Part shown: positions 26,783-38,890 of the stretch, piece by piece
Layout of the letters: every line of letters begins with the position of its first letter
Position numbering within the stretch: position 1 is the first letter of the stretch
From: Octopus sinensis
Lineage: Eukaryota
Direction of reading: 5' to 3'
Assembly: GCF_006345805.1 (NCBI RefSeq)
Contig: NC_043000.1
Coordinates: forward strand, 111,414,001-111,478,000
DNA: 64,000 nucleotides
The notes under the pieces: generated by a model
What the model was told of the DNA's origin: nothing
What the model saw: the letters and a program-made list of their open reading frames with translations, nothing else
The model's database searches: none
Translations under genes and position numbers: made by a program

Positions 26783-27494
26783 TCTTGTGCCTGCTGTATA
26801 TTATCTCAGTAACAGCATCATATCGCCGTGGGAGGTGGTACATCAATGATATTTTTGAGCAGCAGATGATTACATGAGTTGTGTCCTCTGAGGAGAGTGA
26901 CATAGTCTACATTCGCAATTGAATCTTGGGAGCTTAAGAACTTCTATGTGTATGTGTGGGTTTGTATACATATGTATATAAACACATGTACATATGTGTG
27001 TGTATGTATATATATATGTATATATACACACACACAAATACGCATTTACTATGGGAAGCTGCCAACATTTCAACAATCAATTTGATTAGCTGCTAGAATT
27101 TTCATAAACAGCTTCTATACAAATGATGCTAAATTCGGCCATAAAAACCTCACCTCATTAAAACATCACTTCATTAATATAATACTAAATTTGGTCAATT
27201 ACAGTTATTAGCAAGTAGTTTAGAAGAGTGGTGGCGTTTATTTGTTGTAAACGTTGTGGAATGTGATGTTTGGTCGTCTTGGTTGTTTGTCTGAGAAACA
27301 AGAAAGTAGTGCTAAACCTGATGTTTGGTGTGGAAGACTGTTTTAGGGGTAAAAGGGAGGGATTGCTAAGATAGTGGACCTTGTTTTACAAATAGAACAA
27401 ACCATGGACCCAGAGCCTGAAAATTGCTTGGAGACACTATATATATATATATGTGTGTGTGTATATATATATAAACCTTCTAATATATATACAT

Positions 27495-27690
27495 ATATAC
27501 TTTTAATTATTTATAAGTACTTTTAATTATTTATAAGTACTTTTATTTATTCTTCCACAAAGCCACAGTCCACCTTGGCCTCAACAAATACCGTAATGAA
27601 ATTTGCTTCAGCAATATTAGTTCTTTTAATTATTTTCATTAGTACTTTTAATTATGTATTAGTACTTTTATTTATTTATTAGTACTTTAT
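27495..27690. repeat. Single dispersed unit of the 33543-34075 satellite
   Basis: Appears identical to about 33845-34030. Confidence 0.9.
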
Positions 27691-27741
27691 ATATATATAT
27701 ATATTAGTATATATATATATTAGTACTTTATATATTATATA

Positions 27742-27790
<49 letters not shown>

Positions 27791-27803
<13 letters not shown>

Positions 27804-28432
27804 TGAAAATGTTTGTCTGTCTGTCTGTGTGTTTCCCTAAAACTTCAGAACTACACAACCAATTTCATTCAAATTTTACACATGTCTTACTTAGGGTCGA
27901 TGTAGTTTCAAGGGCAAAAAAAAATGTTCAACTTCTTGCCTAGGGCGAGCCCATAGCAAAATCATATCTTCTCCACTATTTCAGTATTACGTGTTAAAAG
28001 TGAAACAAAAACATTTCTCTATTTTATGTCAGATACTTTCACTTTAACAATAAAAATTAGAAATAATGATAACAATTGAATTTATATGTAGTAAGTAATA
28101 ATTAAAATCAAACTAAAGTATTATATAATTGTAACATAACAAAAGTAAAAATAGCAATTGGTATAAAATTGCATTAATGACTTGAACTTGAATAGGAAGT
28201 TTCACATGAATGGGAATAAATTAAAAATAAAATTAGCGTGCAGAGCTGGAATAGTCATACAATTCCAGTCTGTTATATATTTTCAGTATTGTTATCACTA
28301 GTGATATCAAGATATAACTTTGTATTTTGTATTTTATGAGTAGATGTATATATATATATATATAGATGTACATGTAATATGTACACATATATACATGCAC
28401 TAGCACTATGACCCGGCAAAGTTTAATGCTAG
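27791..28432 (+). mobile_element. Non-autonomous Helitron-like element
   Basis: Starts tatatataaaactgaaaatgtttgtctgtctg; ends gacccggca..tgCTAG (28429-28432); the subterminal hairpin is incomplete. Confidence 0.5.
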
Positions 28433-28449
28433 TATATATATATATATAT

Positions 28450-28830
28450 GTGCAGATATATTTTTTTAATTACAGAGTGTGGTAAATAAATTGTTGTCTA
28501 AATTACGCAAAAATGAAAATAACACTCATATCTCATTTTAACAGATATTTACCAAAATTACATAAAATTACATTATTCAATAAATTCACCATTGGCTTCA
28601 AGCACGGCCACCAGACAACTTCAGAATCTCCTGCAACTCTTCTGGACAGTCTCCTTGCTTAAGTTGGTGAACGTTGCCATAATCCTTGTTTTCAGTTCAT
28701 CTTCAGTGTTACAAGGAATTTTGTTGGTCTCTTGCACAACTGTGCCCCACACATAATAATCAAGTGGGTTGCAGTCTTGGGAGTTAGGTGACCAGATGTT
28801 AGGGGTGATGTGGTCACAGAAATTGCTGGA
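28450..28830 (-). mobile_element. Second relic of the same maT-like element
   Basis: Reverse complement matches 15730-16020 (NFCDHITPNIWSPNSQDCNPLDYYVWG). Confidence 0.85.
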
Positions 28831-28834
28831 GCAC

Positions 28835-29150
28835 TGCCTTTTTAGTCAAGTAAATCGACCCAGGACTTATTCTTTGTAAGCCTAGTACTTATTCTATCGG
28901 TCTCTTTTGCCAAACTGCTAAGTTACGGGGACGTAAACACACCAGCATCGGTTGTCTAGCGATGATGGGGGGACAAACACAGACACACACATATATACGA
29001 CAGGCTTCTTTCAGCTTCCATCTACCAAATTCACTCACAAGACTTTGGTCAGCCCGAGTCTGTAGTAGAAGACACGTGCACAAGGTGCCATACAGTAGGA
29101 CTGAACCTGGAACCATGTGGTTGCTAAGCAAGCTACTTACTACACAGTAA
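28835..29150 (-). mobile_element. CORE-like SINE with 3' extension
   Basis: Reverse complement of 11230-11560. Confidence 0.85.
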
Positions 29151-29302
29151 CTTCTGCATCTATATAATATTCACAGTGAACATCTCTTGGATATTTATTG
29201 CTTTTGTTTTTGAATTCGACTTTTGTTATTGATTTGTCTGTGCATACATACATGCACACACACTCACACACATGCACACACACACACACATACATACATA
29301 CA

Positions 29303-29360
<58 letters not shown>

Positions 29361-29412
29361 AGTATGTATGTGTATATATATATATATATATATAATATAT
29401 ATATATATATAT

Positions 29413-29444
<32 letters not shown>

Positions 29445-30006
29445 ATATGTATGTATGTATACATACATATATACACACTCACACACACATATATATATGT
29501 GCATGGTTGTAATACTAGGTTTTGTCTTTCCAAATGACAGAGCTTTGTCTATTGTTTCCATAGAGTTTCTCCATATATTTGATGTATGTTTTAAAGTTAT
29601 TGAAAATGCAGAGATTATCCAGACTTTGGTTTTCTTTTCGTTTCTTTCAATGCTTCCAACAGTTTGCTTTATTTATATTAAACTATTTCACAGTTTGTCT
29701 GAAACCCTTTCCATTTTCAAAATTGATTTTATATGTTATTTTCCATTTCTAGAGAAATCAATTTTCTTCATATCTGAAACTCAATTATTCAATTTCGAAA
29801 GTATTCAGCACAATTAATATAAAAACACTTCCGCATCTACTCAGAGTGTGGTCTTCCTTGCTATCAAACTTGTGTAATAAAAAACAACGAAGTGGTATTG
29901 CTCTGTGAGTAAAAAATAAAAATTCACAGAAATCAGAATTATTATAAAATCAACCAATGTATATCATGTGAATTGAGAGAAAATTCTGTCTGTGTGGATA
30001 TATATA

Positions 30007-30044
<38 letters not shown>

Positions 30045-30414
30045 CATACAAAATATCCTGATATTGATGTTGAAATTCCAATGAATTATATATATTTCGT
30101 TTTTGGATTTGGTTTGCAAGATTCTTTATATGAGTTCCTGTGTTGAAGTATATTCTGTTGTTTCTAGGGAGAGTCATTTTCTTTTTGTGCCTTATAATGT
30201 AACACACTGACCGGTAAAATTTCCACTTTTTTTCTTATTTTTATTTGCAACCCTTTCAATAGTCTTGACTATTGAAAAGGTTGCAAGACACAACGAAAAT
30301 TATAGGAAAATAAGAAAAAAGTGGAAATTTTCCGGTGAGTGTGTTACATTATAAGGCACAAAAAGAAAATGACTCTCCTCAGACACAACAGTATATATAT
30401 ATATATATAACGGG

Positions 30415-30745
30415 AAGGTTTACGAAAATAAACAAAAGATGAAGGCAGCTGGAGTACAAACAAACAAATGTATGAGTATGGCGCTCAGGAATAGAAATAG
30501 AACAAGTCTTTTATGTTTCGAGCCTACGCTCTTCAACAGAAAGATACGCAAAAAAAAACAAGGAGAGAAAATATATATATATATATATATATATATACAA
30601 GAGTAAGCACATAAATGTGAAACAATGTGGACAAAACAGTACTCGAATACCGAAGGTAGAGTAATATGCTTTTTTATTAAAGCTGCAACAACATCCGCAA
30701 AAACTGTGATTTGGTGTTTCCTGTTCCTGTTCATCAGACACTTGT
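30415..30745 (-). mobile_element. Penelope-like-derived interspersed repeat carrying hammerhead-like motifs
   Basis: Homologous to 52385-52800, 11690-11810 and 60865-60940; contains ctgttgaagagcgtaggctcgaaac and a decayed ctgatga..gaaac. Confidence 0.5.
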
Positions 30746-31160
30746 GATCAACACTCTCTATACACTCAGGGTGTTCTACATTTATTCCTCCTCTCAGTAT
30801 TTATCCAACTTTCATTTTCCCTCACTATGGATGACTATCTAACCATTCTCTTCAATCATAGATTTACCTAAGGAAAATTCATTCTCAATGGATTTAACTG
30901 GATTTCTCATCCCTTTCTTGAACCATAACAAATATCAGTGATGGAGTAATTTCTTCCACTGTTGCATATATTTGCTCGAGTTCTCTTCAGTGACAGAATA
31001 CTCTGCATATGGAATCTTCACTCAACATGATGTTCCAACTGCTGGGATATTCTAGAAACAGCTGTCAGTGACTATCTAAACCTTTTATTATACAGCTAAA
31101 TTAGTCTTGCCAAACTCTTTGCTTTTTCTTTTCTACTTTAACTTATACCACCCAACTCAA

Positions 31161-31290
31161 GGTCTCTCTGATGAAGCCCAGAGGCACACCTAAATACCTT
31201 AATTTTATCTACCAAATACTTCAGTTCACTGAAGGGATGGAAGTAGAGTGGGGTACTATGGCCTCTTGGCTGAAACAGCTGTAAGATACT
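31161..31290 (+). ncRNA. Minimal type I hammerhead ribozyme motif with long loop 2 (Penelope-like element type)
   Basis: GGTCTCT-CTGATGA-AGCCCAGAGGC..75 nt..GCCTCTTGGCT-GAAA-C AGCT G-TA-AGATACT; stem II 10/11 pairs, palindromic ACAGCTGT stem III, stem I 6/7. Confidence 0.7.
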
Positions 31291-31679
31291 ATCCTACTTT
31301 CTATGATCTACATTAAACATTTTAATAATTACTGGTATTTTTATATGTTATATATGTAAAGTATAATATGTTATACATGTATGTATATTGTTATAATTGG
31401 GGTTTTTTTTATTAATAAATAGACATAATATAATGTCTAAAAGTTGATGAACACCACCTCTTGATCCCCTCCATTTTCTTATTGCTGTATAAATTAAGAG
31501 TAAAATAATTTTTTACCCTCACCCATTTATTACATTCAGTAGTGTAATTACCTTGCAATGGAAAAACACTTATGTATTAATAATTGGGTATTCTATCAGC
31601 AGTATATTGGATAGATACTATCCCTTAGTTGGTTGGATTCCCAACCTCTAACTCTCTTGGAATTATATATATATAAATA

Positions 31680-32201
31680 TCGTAAATCCTTGAGTATAGT
31701 CCACCCTTGAGTATAATACGCAGGGGATTTTTAGGGGGCTGTACCTCTGAAAAACCTAAACCTTGTGTATAATACGCACAATTTCTCTAACTTGAGTCAA
31801 GCAGGTCTATATAACGACCTTGGTTTGTAAAAATGTATACGGTAGTGTCCTTTATTATTATTGTATATATAACATAATGCAAATGTGTAGCTTTTTTTGT
31901 GCATTTTGTTTGCAGAAAATAAAGAAAAAACAGTAATAACAGTAATAACATTTAATAAATGTTGCTTACTGCAAGTTATGGATGATTCTTTTATGACTTC
32001 ATTGCTTTCAGGCTTAGCTTAAGGTATTTTCGCGCCCGACATAACAAAATGCATCTGAATAAACATTGCCGGACAGCAAATAGATACTCGGACATTGCTT
32101 AGAATATATTTTTCATTTTCAACCTCGTATATAGTACGCACTAGGGATTTTGACCTTTAAATTTTTGGGGAAAAATGTGGAGTATACTCGAGGATTTATG
32201 G
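31680..32201. mobile_element. Pogo/Tc1-mariner-type MITE
   Basis: About 20-bp TIRs tcgtaaatccttgagtata / tatactcgaggatttatgg, TA on both sides. Confidence 0.75.
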
Positions 32202-32208
32202 TATAAAT

Positions 32209-32970
32209 ATATGACTAGTGACCGAGACCTTTGGAAATATGCTGTGCATGAGAAGACCTGGCAGGACAAGTGAGACCATCCTGTGGCCTTTGCCAGGGAT
32301 GTAGCCAGCCCACTTATGCATGCCTTTCCTTCCTTGGACACGCAAAGACCTGTTGAGGAAAGTGAAGTTCAAATTGAATTCGAAACTGAACCTCATCCGA
32401 CGACTGGCACCCATGCCAACCTCCCTTCATTGGACAATAAACTCTGCTTGTGAAGACCTGTTGGGGCAAGTGAAATCGGAATTGAAATTGAACCAATCCT
32501 ATGACAGGCACCCGGCAGTTGCCAGTGCCACTGGACTGACTCCTGTGCAGGTGGCAAGTAAAGAAACACCGTTTCGACCCTGTGCTTGAGGAGACCTATT
32601 GAGTCAAGTACACCAACATCAAAAATCAATGGAAATTGTAGTTGAGATCCCTGTGCCAGTGGCACGTAAAAAGCACCATCTGAATGTGGCCGATGCCAGC
32701 GCCGCCTTGACTGGCTTCCGTGCTGGAGGCACGTAAAAAGCACCAATTCTATCGTGGCCATTGCCAGCCTCGCCTGGCACCTGTGCTGGTGGCACGTAAA
32801 AAGCACCCACTACACTCACAGAGTGGTTAGCGTTAGGAAGGGCATCCAGCTTTAGAAACACTGCCAGATCAGACTGGAGCCTGGTGCAGCCTTCTGGCTT
32901 CCCAGACCCCAGTCGAACCATTCAACCCATGCTAGCATGGAGAACAGATGTTAAACGATGATGATGATGA
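32209..32970 (+). mobile_element. RTE LINE 3' end
   Basis: Homologous to 35915-36453, ends gttaaacgatgatgatgatg. Confidence 0.9.
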
Positions 32971-32972
32971 TA

Positions 32973-33034
<62 letters not shown>

Positions 33035-33542
33035 TATATATATATACAGATATAAATATATATATACATACATATAGACATACATGCATATATATATACA
33101 TACACACATATATTTACATATATATATACACACATATATATCAAGCTTAATTGTGTTGATCTTGCTATATGTATGTATATTAGTAAGCTTTAATGTTTGT
33201 CATCAACCACCACTTGATAACCACGCTTGGTTTGTTTACATCTGTTTCAGCAAAAGAGGCTGGCTGAACAAGTACCAGACTTTAAAAAATAATTACAGGC
33301 ATCAGTCTAGCCAATCAAACTGTCCAAGACGCTGCCCCAGCATGACCACAGTCCAATGACTGAAACAAGTAAAAGATATAAGATATGCAATGCAACTGTG
33401 AGCCCCCACCACCCATCGTGACCCTATTGTCCATTATGTTACTTTTTAAAATGCTAAATTTTCCATTTGTTGGGGATATTTTGGCTGCCATTTCTAGCAT
33501 TTTTTGACTGAAATGAATCTAAAACTAATGGAAGAATCTTAT

Positions 33543-34075
33543 TTATTCTTCCACAAAGTCACAGTCCACCTTGGCCTTGGCAAATACCGTAATGAAATTT
33601 GCTACAGCAATAATAGTTCTTTTAATTATTTTCATTAGTACTTTTAATTATTTATTAGTACTTTTAATTATTTATTAGTACTTTTATTTATTTACAAGTA
33701 CTTTTATTTATTTATTAGTACTTTTATTTATTCTTCTACAAAGTCACAGTCCACCTTAGTCTCAGCAAATACAATAATGAAATTTGCTACAGCAATATTA
33801 GTTCTTTTAATTATTTTCATTAGTACTTTTAATTATTTATTAGTACTTTTAATTATTTATAAGTACTTTTAATTATTTATAAGTACTTTTATTTATTCTT
33901 CCACAAAGCCACAGTCCACCTTGGCCTCAACAAATACCGTAATGAAATTTGCTTCAGCAATATTAGTTCTTTTAATTATTTTCATTAGTACTTTTAATTA
34001 TGTATTAGTACTTTTATTTATTTATTAGTACTTTTATTTATTCTTCCAGAGTCACAGTCCACCTTGACATTGGTA
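33543..34075. repeat. Compound satellite: about 165-185-bp units containing 20-bp agtacttttaattatttatt subrepeats, about 3.3 copies
   Basis: ttattcttccacaaagycacagtccaccttgg at about 33543, 33728, 33892, 34038. Confidence 0.9.
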
Positions 34076-34757
34076 AACACGGTTATGAAGTTTGCTACAG
34101 CAGTGTTAATATTTCTGTCCTGATATCAGTTGTAAAGAATTGATTATCTATCTTTAGACATAAATCACTTCTCTGACCGATTTGAAAGAAATAAAACAAG
34201 TAAAAAAAAAAAGTGAGCAAGGTGAAGGATTGGGAAGAGGGGGGCGGCATGGAGTGGTGGTGGTGGTGGTATGGTGGCAGGGGTGGGGGAATGCTGTGTG
34301 AAGAAAAATCGATGATAAATTTATATTTCAAGTTCTCTCTGGCTTCATTTTCAATTATATTTTTTTGAAGTAAATTGTTTTGTATGTGTGTGTGTGTGTG
34401 TGTGCACATGTGCTCATGTATGTTTTTGTGTATGAGTGCCTGTGCGTTTATGTGTGGGTGTCTGGGAGGGATGTGTATGCCTGAGTGTGCTTGTGTATGC
34501 ATGGGTATGTGGATGTGGATGTGCATGTACGCTTGTGTGTTTACGTTTGTGTGTGTGTATGTGTGTTTTGAATTGAATCAGAATATGAAAGCATCCTCAT
34601 CCTCCTTCACTGCATCCTTTTCCCCTCCTCATTCTCTTCCTCCTCCTCCTCCTCCTCCTCATCATCATCATTATCATTATTTTATCATGTTTCATATAAG
34701 GTCATAACCCATTGTTTTATGTCCACAATAAGTCGTACTTTGTTTCATTGAAGTAAA

Positions 34758-34795
<38 letters not shown>

Positions 34796-34808
34796 CATAC
34801 ATACATTT

Positions 34809-36453
34809 GAATGGTTAGTGAGAGCTGAATGGTTAGTGAGAGCTGTGCGAACCATGTACAGAGACGCTGCTAGTAAGGTGAGGGAGGGTTGGCAACGAGT
34901 ACAGTGAAGAATTCCGGGTAGAGGTTGGGGTCCACCAAGGTTCAGTCCTCAGTCCCCTCCTATTTATCATAGTCCTCCTGGCAATAACGGAGGAATTCAA
35001 GACAGGATGCCCCTGGGAGCTCCTCTATGCTGATGACCTTGCTCTAATTGCTGAGTCTCTATCAGAACTGGAGGAGAAGTTTCAGGTGTGGAAGCAAGGT
35101 TTAGAATTGAAGGGCCTTAGAATCAACCTAGCCAAAACCAAAGTCCTAATAAGTAGGAAGGTAGACCAATCACAAACACCTTCAGGTAGATGGCCCTGCT
35201 CGATCTGTAAAAAAGGCGTAGGTAGAAACTCTATAAGGTGCACCAAGTGTAAGCTATGGACACATAAGAGGTGTAGTAATGTCAAAGGAAGACTAACTAG
35301 GAAAATAGTTTTTATCTGTGGCAGATGCTCAGGAGAAATACTCTGAAAATATGCAGAGACCAACTTCTACCACGTTCCATGGAGAAAAACTAGAAGTAGT
35401 TGATAGCTTCCGCTACCTAGGTGACCAAGTCAGTAGCGGGGGTGGGTATGCTGAAAGTGTAACTGCTAGAGTAAGAATAGCCTGGGCAAAGTTTAGAGAG
35501 CTCTTACCCCTGCTGGTGACAAAAGGCCTCTCGCTCAGAGTAAAAGGCAGACTGTATGATGCATGTGTACGTACAGCCATGCTACATGGTAGTGAAACAT
35601 GGGCTGTGACTGCTGAGGATATGCGTAAGCTCACAAGAAATGAAGCCAGTATGCTCCGATGGATGTGTAATGTCAATGTTCATAATCGACAGAATGTAAG
35701 TACCTTGAGAGAAAAGTTGGACCTAAGAAGCATCAGTTGTGGTGTGCAAGAGAGACGTTTGCGCTGGTATGGTCATGTGACGAGAATGGCTGAAGATAGT
35801 TGTGTGCGAAAGTGCCACACCCTAGCAGTTGAGGGAACCTGTGGAAGAGGTAGACCCAGGAAAACATGGGACGAGGTGGTGAAACACGACTTTCGAACTT
35901 TAGGTCTCACCAAGGAAATGACTAGAGACCGAGACCTATGGAAGTATGCTGTGCGTGAGAAGACCCAGCAAGACTACTGAGAACATAACCTGTGGCCTAC
36001 ATACCTTTCCTTCTTGGGACACAAAACTCCACTTGTGAAGACCCGTTGAGACAAGTGAAAATCAAAATCAAAATAAAAATCAAACCAAATCAAATCAGAT
36101 ATCAGAAAGCAGAACCAAAATCAAAGTCGATCAACATCAATGGAAATTGCAGCTGTGGTTAAGCGAACCATCCGATCGTGGCCATTGCCAGCGCCACCCT
36201 GACTGGCCTCCATGCCGGTGGCACGTAAAAGCACCATCCGTTCATGGCCGTTTGCCAGCTCCGTCTGGCACCTGTGTGGGTGGCACGTAAAAAGCCCCCA
36301 CTACACTCACGGAGTGGTTGGCATTAGGAAGGGCATCCAGCCGTAGAAACACTGCTAGATCAGACTGGGCCTGATGCAGCCTTCTGGCTTCACAGACCCC
36401 AGTTGAACCATCCAACCTATGCTAGCATGGAAAGCGGACGCTAAATGATGATG
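34809..36453 (+). mobile_element. 5'-truncated RTE-clade LINE: RT core, PHD-like finger, C-terminus, 3'UTR and (GAT)n tail
   Basis: Translates to VGVHQGSVLSPLLFIIVL..ELLYADDLAL..GLRINLAKTKV..GDQVSSGGG..RLRWYGHVTRM..GRGRPRKTW; frameshifts near 34880 and 35340; ends ggacgctaaatgatgatg. Confidence 0.95.
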
Positions 36454-36499
36454 ATGATGATGATACATACATACATACATACATACATACATACATACA

Positions 36500-36535
<36 letters not shown>

Positions 36536-36592
36536 TATATAATATATATATATATATATACATATATATAAATATATATATACATACATATA

Positions 36593-36635
<43 letters not shown>

Positions 36636-36758
36636 TCTTTATTATTTAATACTTTTTTATTAATTAATATTTCTTTATACATATATACATATAAATGTGT
36701 ATGTGTGTATATATATATATACATACATAATATAAATATATATATACATACATATATG

Positions 36759-36802
<44 letters not shown>

Positions 36803-37205
36803 AACGTGACCAAGTTAGTAGCAGGAGTGGATGCTCAGAGAGTGTTACCACTAGAATAAGAATAGCCTGTGCAAAGTTTAGGAAGCTTCTTCCCCTACTC
36901 ACGACAAAGGGACTCTCGCTCAGAGTGAAAGGTAGATTGTATGATGCATGTGTGCAAACTACCATGCTTCATGGCAGTGAAACATGGGCCGCGACTGCAG
37001 AGGACATGCATAGGCTCGAAAGAAATGAAGCTAACATGATCCGCTGGATGTGTAAAGTCAGTATCCATGCACGACAGAGTGTAAGCGTCCTGAGAGAAAT
37101 GTTGGGCATAAGAAGCATTGGATGCAGCGTGCAGGAGAGACATTTGCGTTAGTATGGTCATGTCCTACGGATGGATGAGGAGAGATGTGTGAAGAAGTGC
37201 CACTC
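36803..37205 (+). mobile_element. RTE LINE ORF fragment
   Basis: [38 protein letters not shown].., paralogous to 35420-35820. Confidence 0.9.
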
Positions 37206-37865
37206 AAAGTGAATTGCTCCTTTGCAATCCCACCAGATAGAGAGAAGAACCTTTTTCCTTTGAAGCTCCCTTCTCGGTTGTGGTTGAGCTTTTTCCCTTT
37301 TACCAACCCACTGTTTACGATGTTTAACATTTCGACAGAAGAACCATTTTTCGTCACCAGTCACAAGTCTATCCAAAAAGGGTGAAAATGAGTTCACGAG
37401 AATGGAGAGAAGAGCAGATGTCAACTCAGGATTTGCAGTTGCTTTGGACAATTTATGAGGCACCCATTTTCCAAGTTTAGGAACCTTTCCAAGCTGTTGA
37501 AGATGACGATGAACAGTTGTATGGTTTGAACTAAGCTTTATTGCCAATTCTTCAACTAATAATGCAGGATTTTCTTCAAGTAATGCCTCAAGGTGCTTAT
37601 CATCAAGCTCAACTGGACGTTCCATTTGATCTTCATCTTCAAGGCTGAAATCTCTACTTCTGAATTTTGCAAACCATCTTCTGCAAGTTCTTTCATTTAA
37701 GCATTCTTTCCCATAAACTGAGTGTATGTTTCGCGTTGCTTCAGCTGCAGAGTTTCCTTTTCTGTACTCATAAAGCATTATGTGCCTCAAATGATCTTTG
37801 GATACTTCCATGTTAGAAAGGGTTTTAATTAAAGAAATTTTAATTCTATTATTCTGTAAAATAAT
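37206..37865 (-). pseudogene. Mariner transposase, N-terminal two thirds (3'-truncated)
   Basis: ATG at 37811: MEVSKDHLRHIMLYEYRKG..AAEATRNI..RTCRRWFAKFRS..GKWVPHKLS..LVTGDEKW..KKVLLSIWWDCKG; WVPHxL and first catalytic Asp motif TGDEKW. Confidence 0.95.
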
Positions 37866-37867
37866 TG

Positions 37868-38042
37868 CCACATTCCAGGGAGAAAACCTAGAAGTAGTTG
37901 ATAGCTTCCATTACCTAGGTGACCAAGTCAGTAGCAGGGGTGGGTGCTCTGAAAGTGTAGCTGCTAGAATAAGAATAGCCTGGGCAAAGTTCAGAAAGCT
38001 CTTACCTCTGCTGGTGACAAAGGGCCTATTGCTCAAAGTAAA
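37868..38042 (+). mobile_element. RTE LINE ORF fragment
   Basis: FQGENLEVVDSFHYLGDQVSSRGGCSESVAARIRIAWAKFRKLLPLL. Confidence 0.9.
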
Positions 38043-38059
38043 ATAATATATTTTCTTTG

Positions 38060-38340
38060 TGCTTCAGCAAACCTGTTCTGTTCATAGGAGATAACATCTC
38101 TCTTGGTGCATTTTCACCAAGCAGGGGTGGTTTTGTGCATTTCCCAGGTGCCAGGGTTGATCTCGAAGTCTTCAGTCAGGCTTTGGGTGTATCCGTGAAG
38201 CCCTTTTTCTGTCTACCTTGCATGTATTTACCTTCCACCAATTCTACTAAATTGACGACAGCACATTAAACAGCATAACTTCTCAGTTCTTTCCAATCAT
38301 TCTCACCTTCTCTTCTAAATGTGAGCAGCCTTATCCTCCT
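38060..38340 (-). mobile_element. Highly decayed RTE/BovB-like ORF 3' end
   Basis: ELVEGKYMQGRQKKGFTDTPKA resembles GELxxGKRxxGxQxKRFKDTLK. Confidence 0.4.
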
Positions 38341-38364
38341 GTACAATAAGAACCAGTTCTGTGC

Positions 38365-38525
38365 CCCTCTTTTATACTCTAACCCCCTCATCTCCTAGCA
38401 TTTAGCCGATCCAACCCCCTTCTTTTATACTCTAACCCCCTCATCTCCTAGCATTTAGCCGATCCAACCCCCTTCTTTTATACTCTAACCCCCTCATCTC
38501 CTAGCGTTAAGCCAATCTAACTCCC
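38365..38525. repeat. 53-bp tandem repeat, 3 copies
   Basis: tttatactctaaccccctcatctcctagc at 38371, 38424, 38477. Confidence 0.95.
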
Positions 38526-38858
38526 TTCAAGTTTTGTAGTCTTACAAGCTGCATGGCAAAGTCTGTAGTGTCAGTGGTATGACACAAAGCACTCTGACAC
38601 AGAGTAGCATCCAGCTCTAGAAGCCATGCCAAAGCCAGCATTGGAGCATGGTGTCCTCTTTGGATGCATCAGATCCTGTCAAACCAACCAGCCCATGCCA
38701 ACATGGAATATGGAAACAGGGATGTTAAGTGTTAATGATAATGGTATACAAAGGATAATGGTATACAAAGCCAAGAATACAAAATACATTAAATGCTATA
38801 AAATATTGAGCCAAAGATATTCATCATCATCCTCATCACCACCACCACCATCACCACC

Positions 38859-38890
<32 letters not shown>

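Noticed and set aside
36803-38042. Mariner inserted into one RTE copy
   Set aside because: The RTE pieces on both sides cover the same part of the ORF, so they are two independent fragments, not a split element
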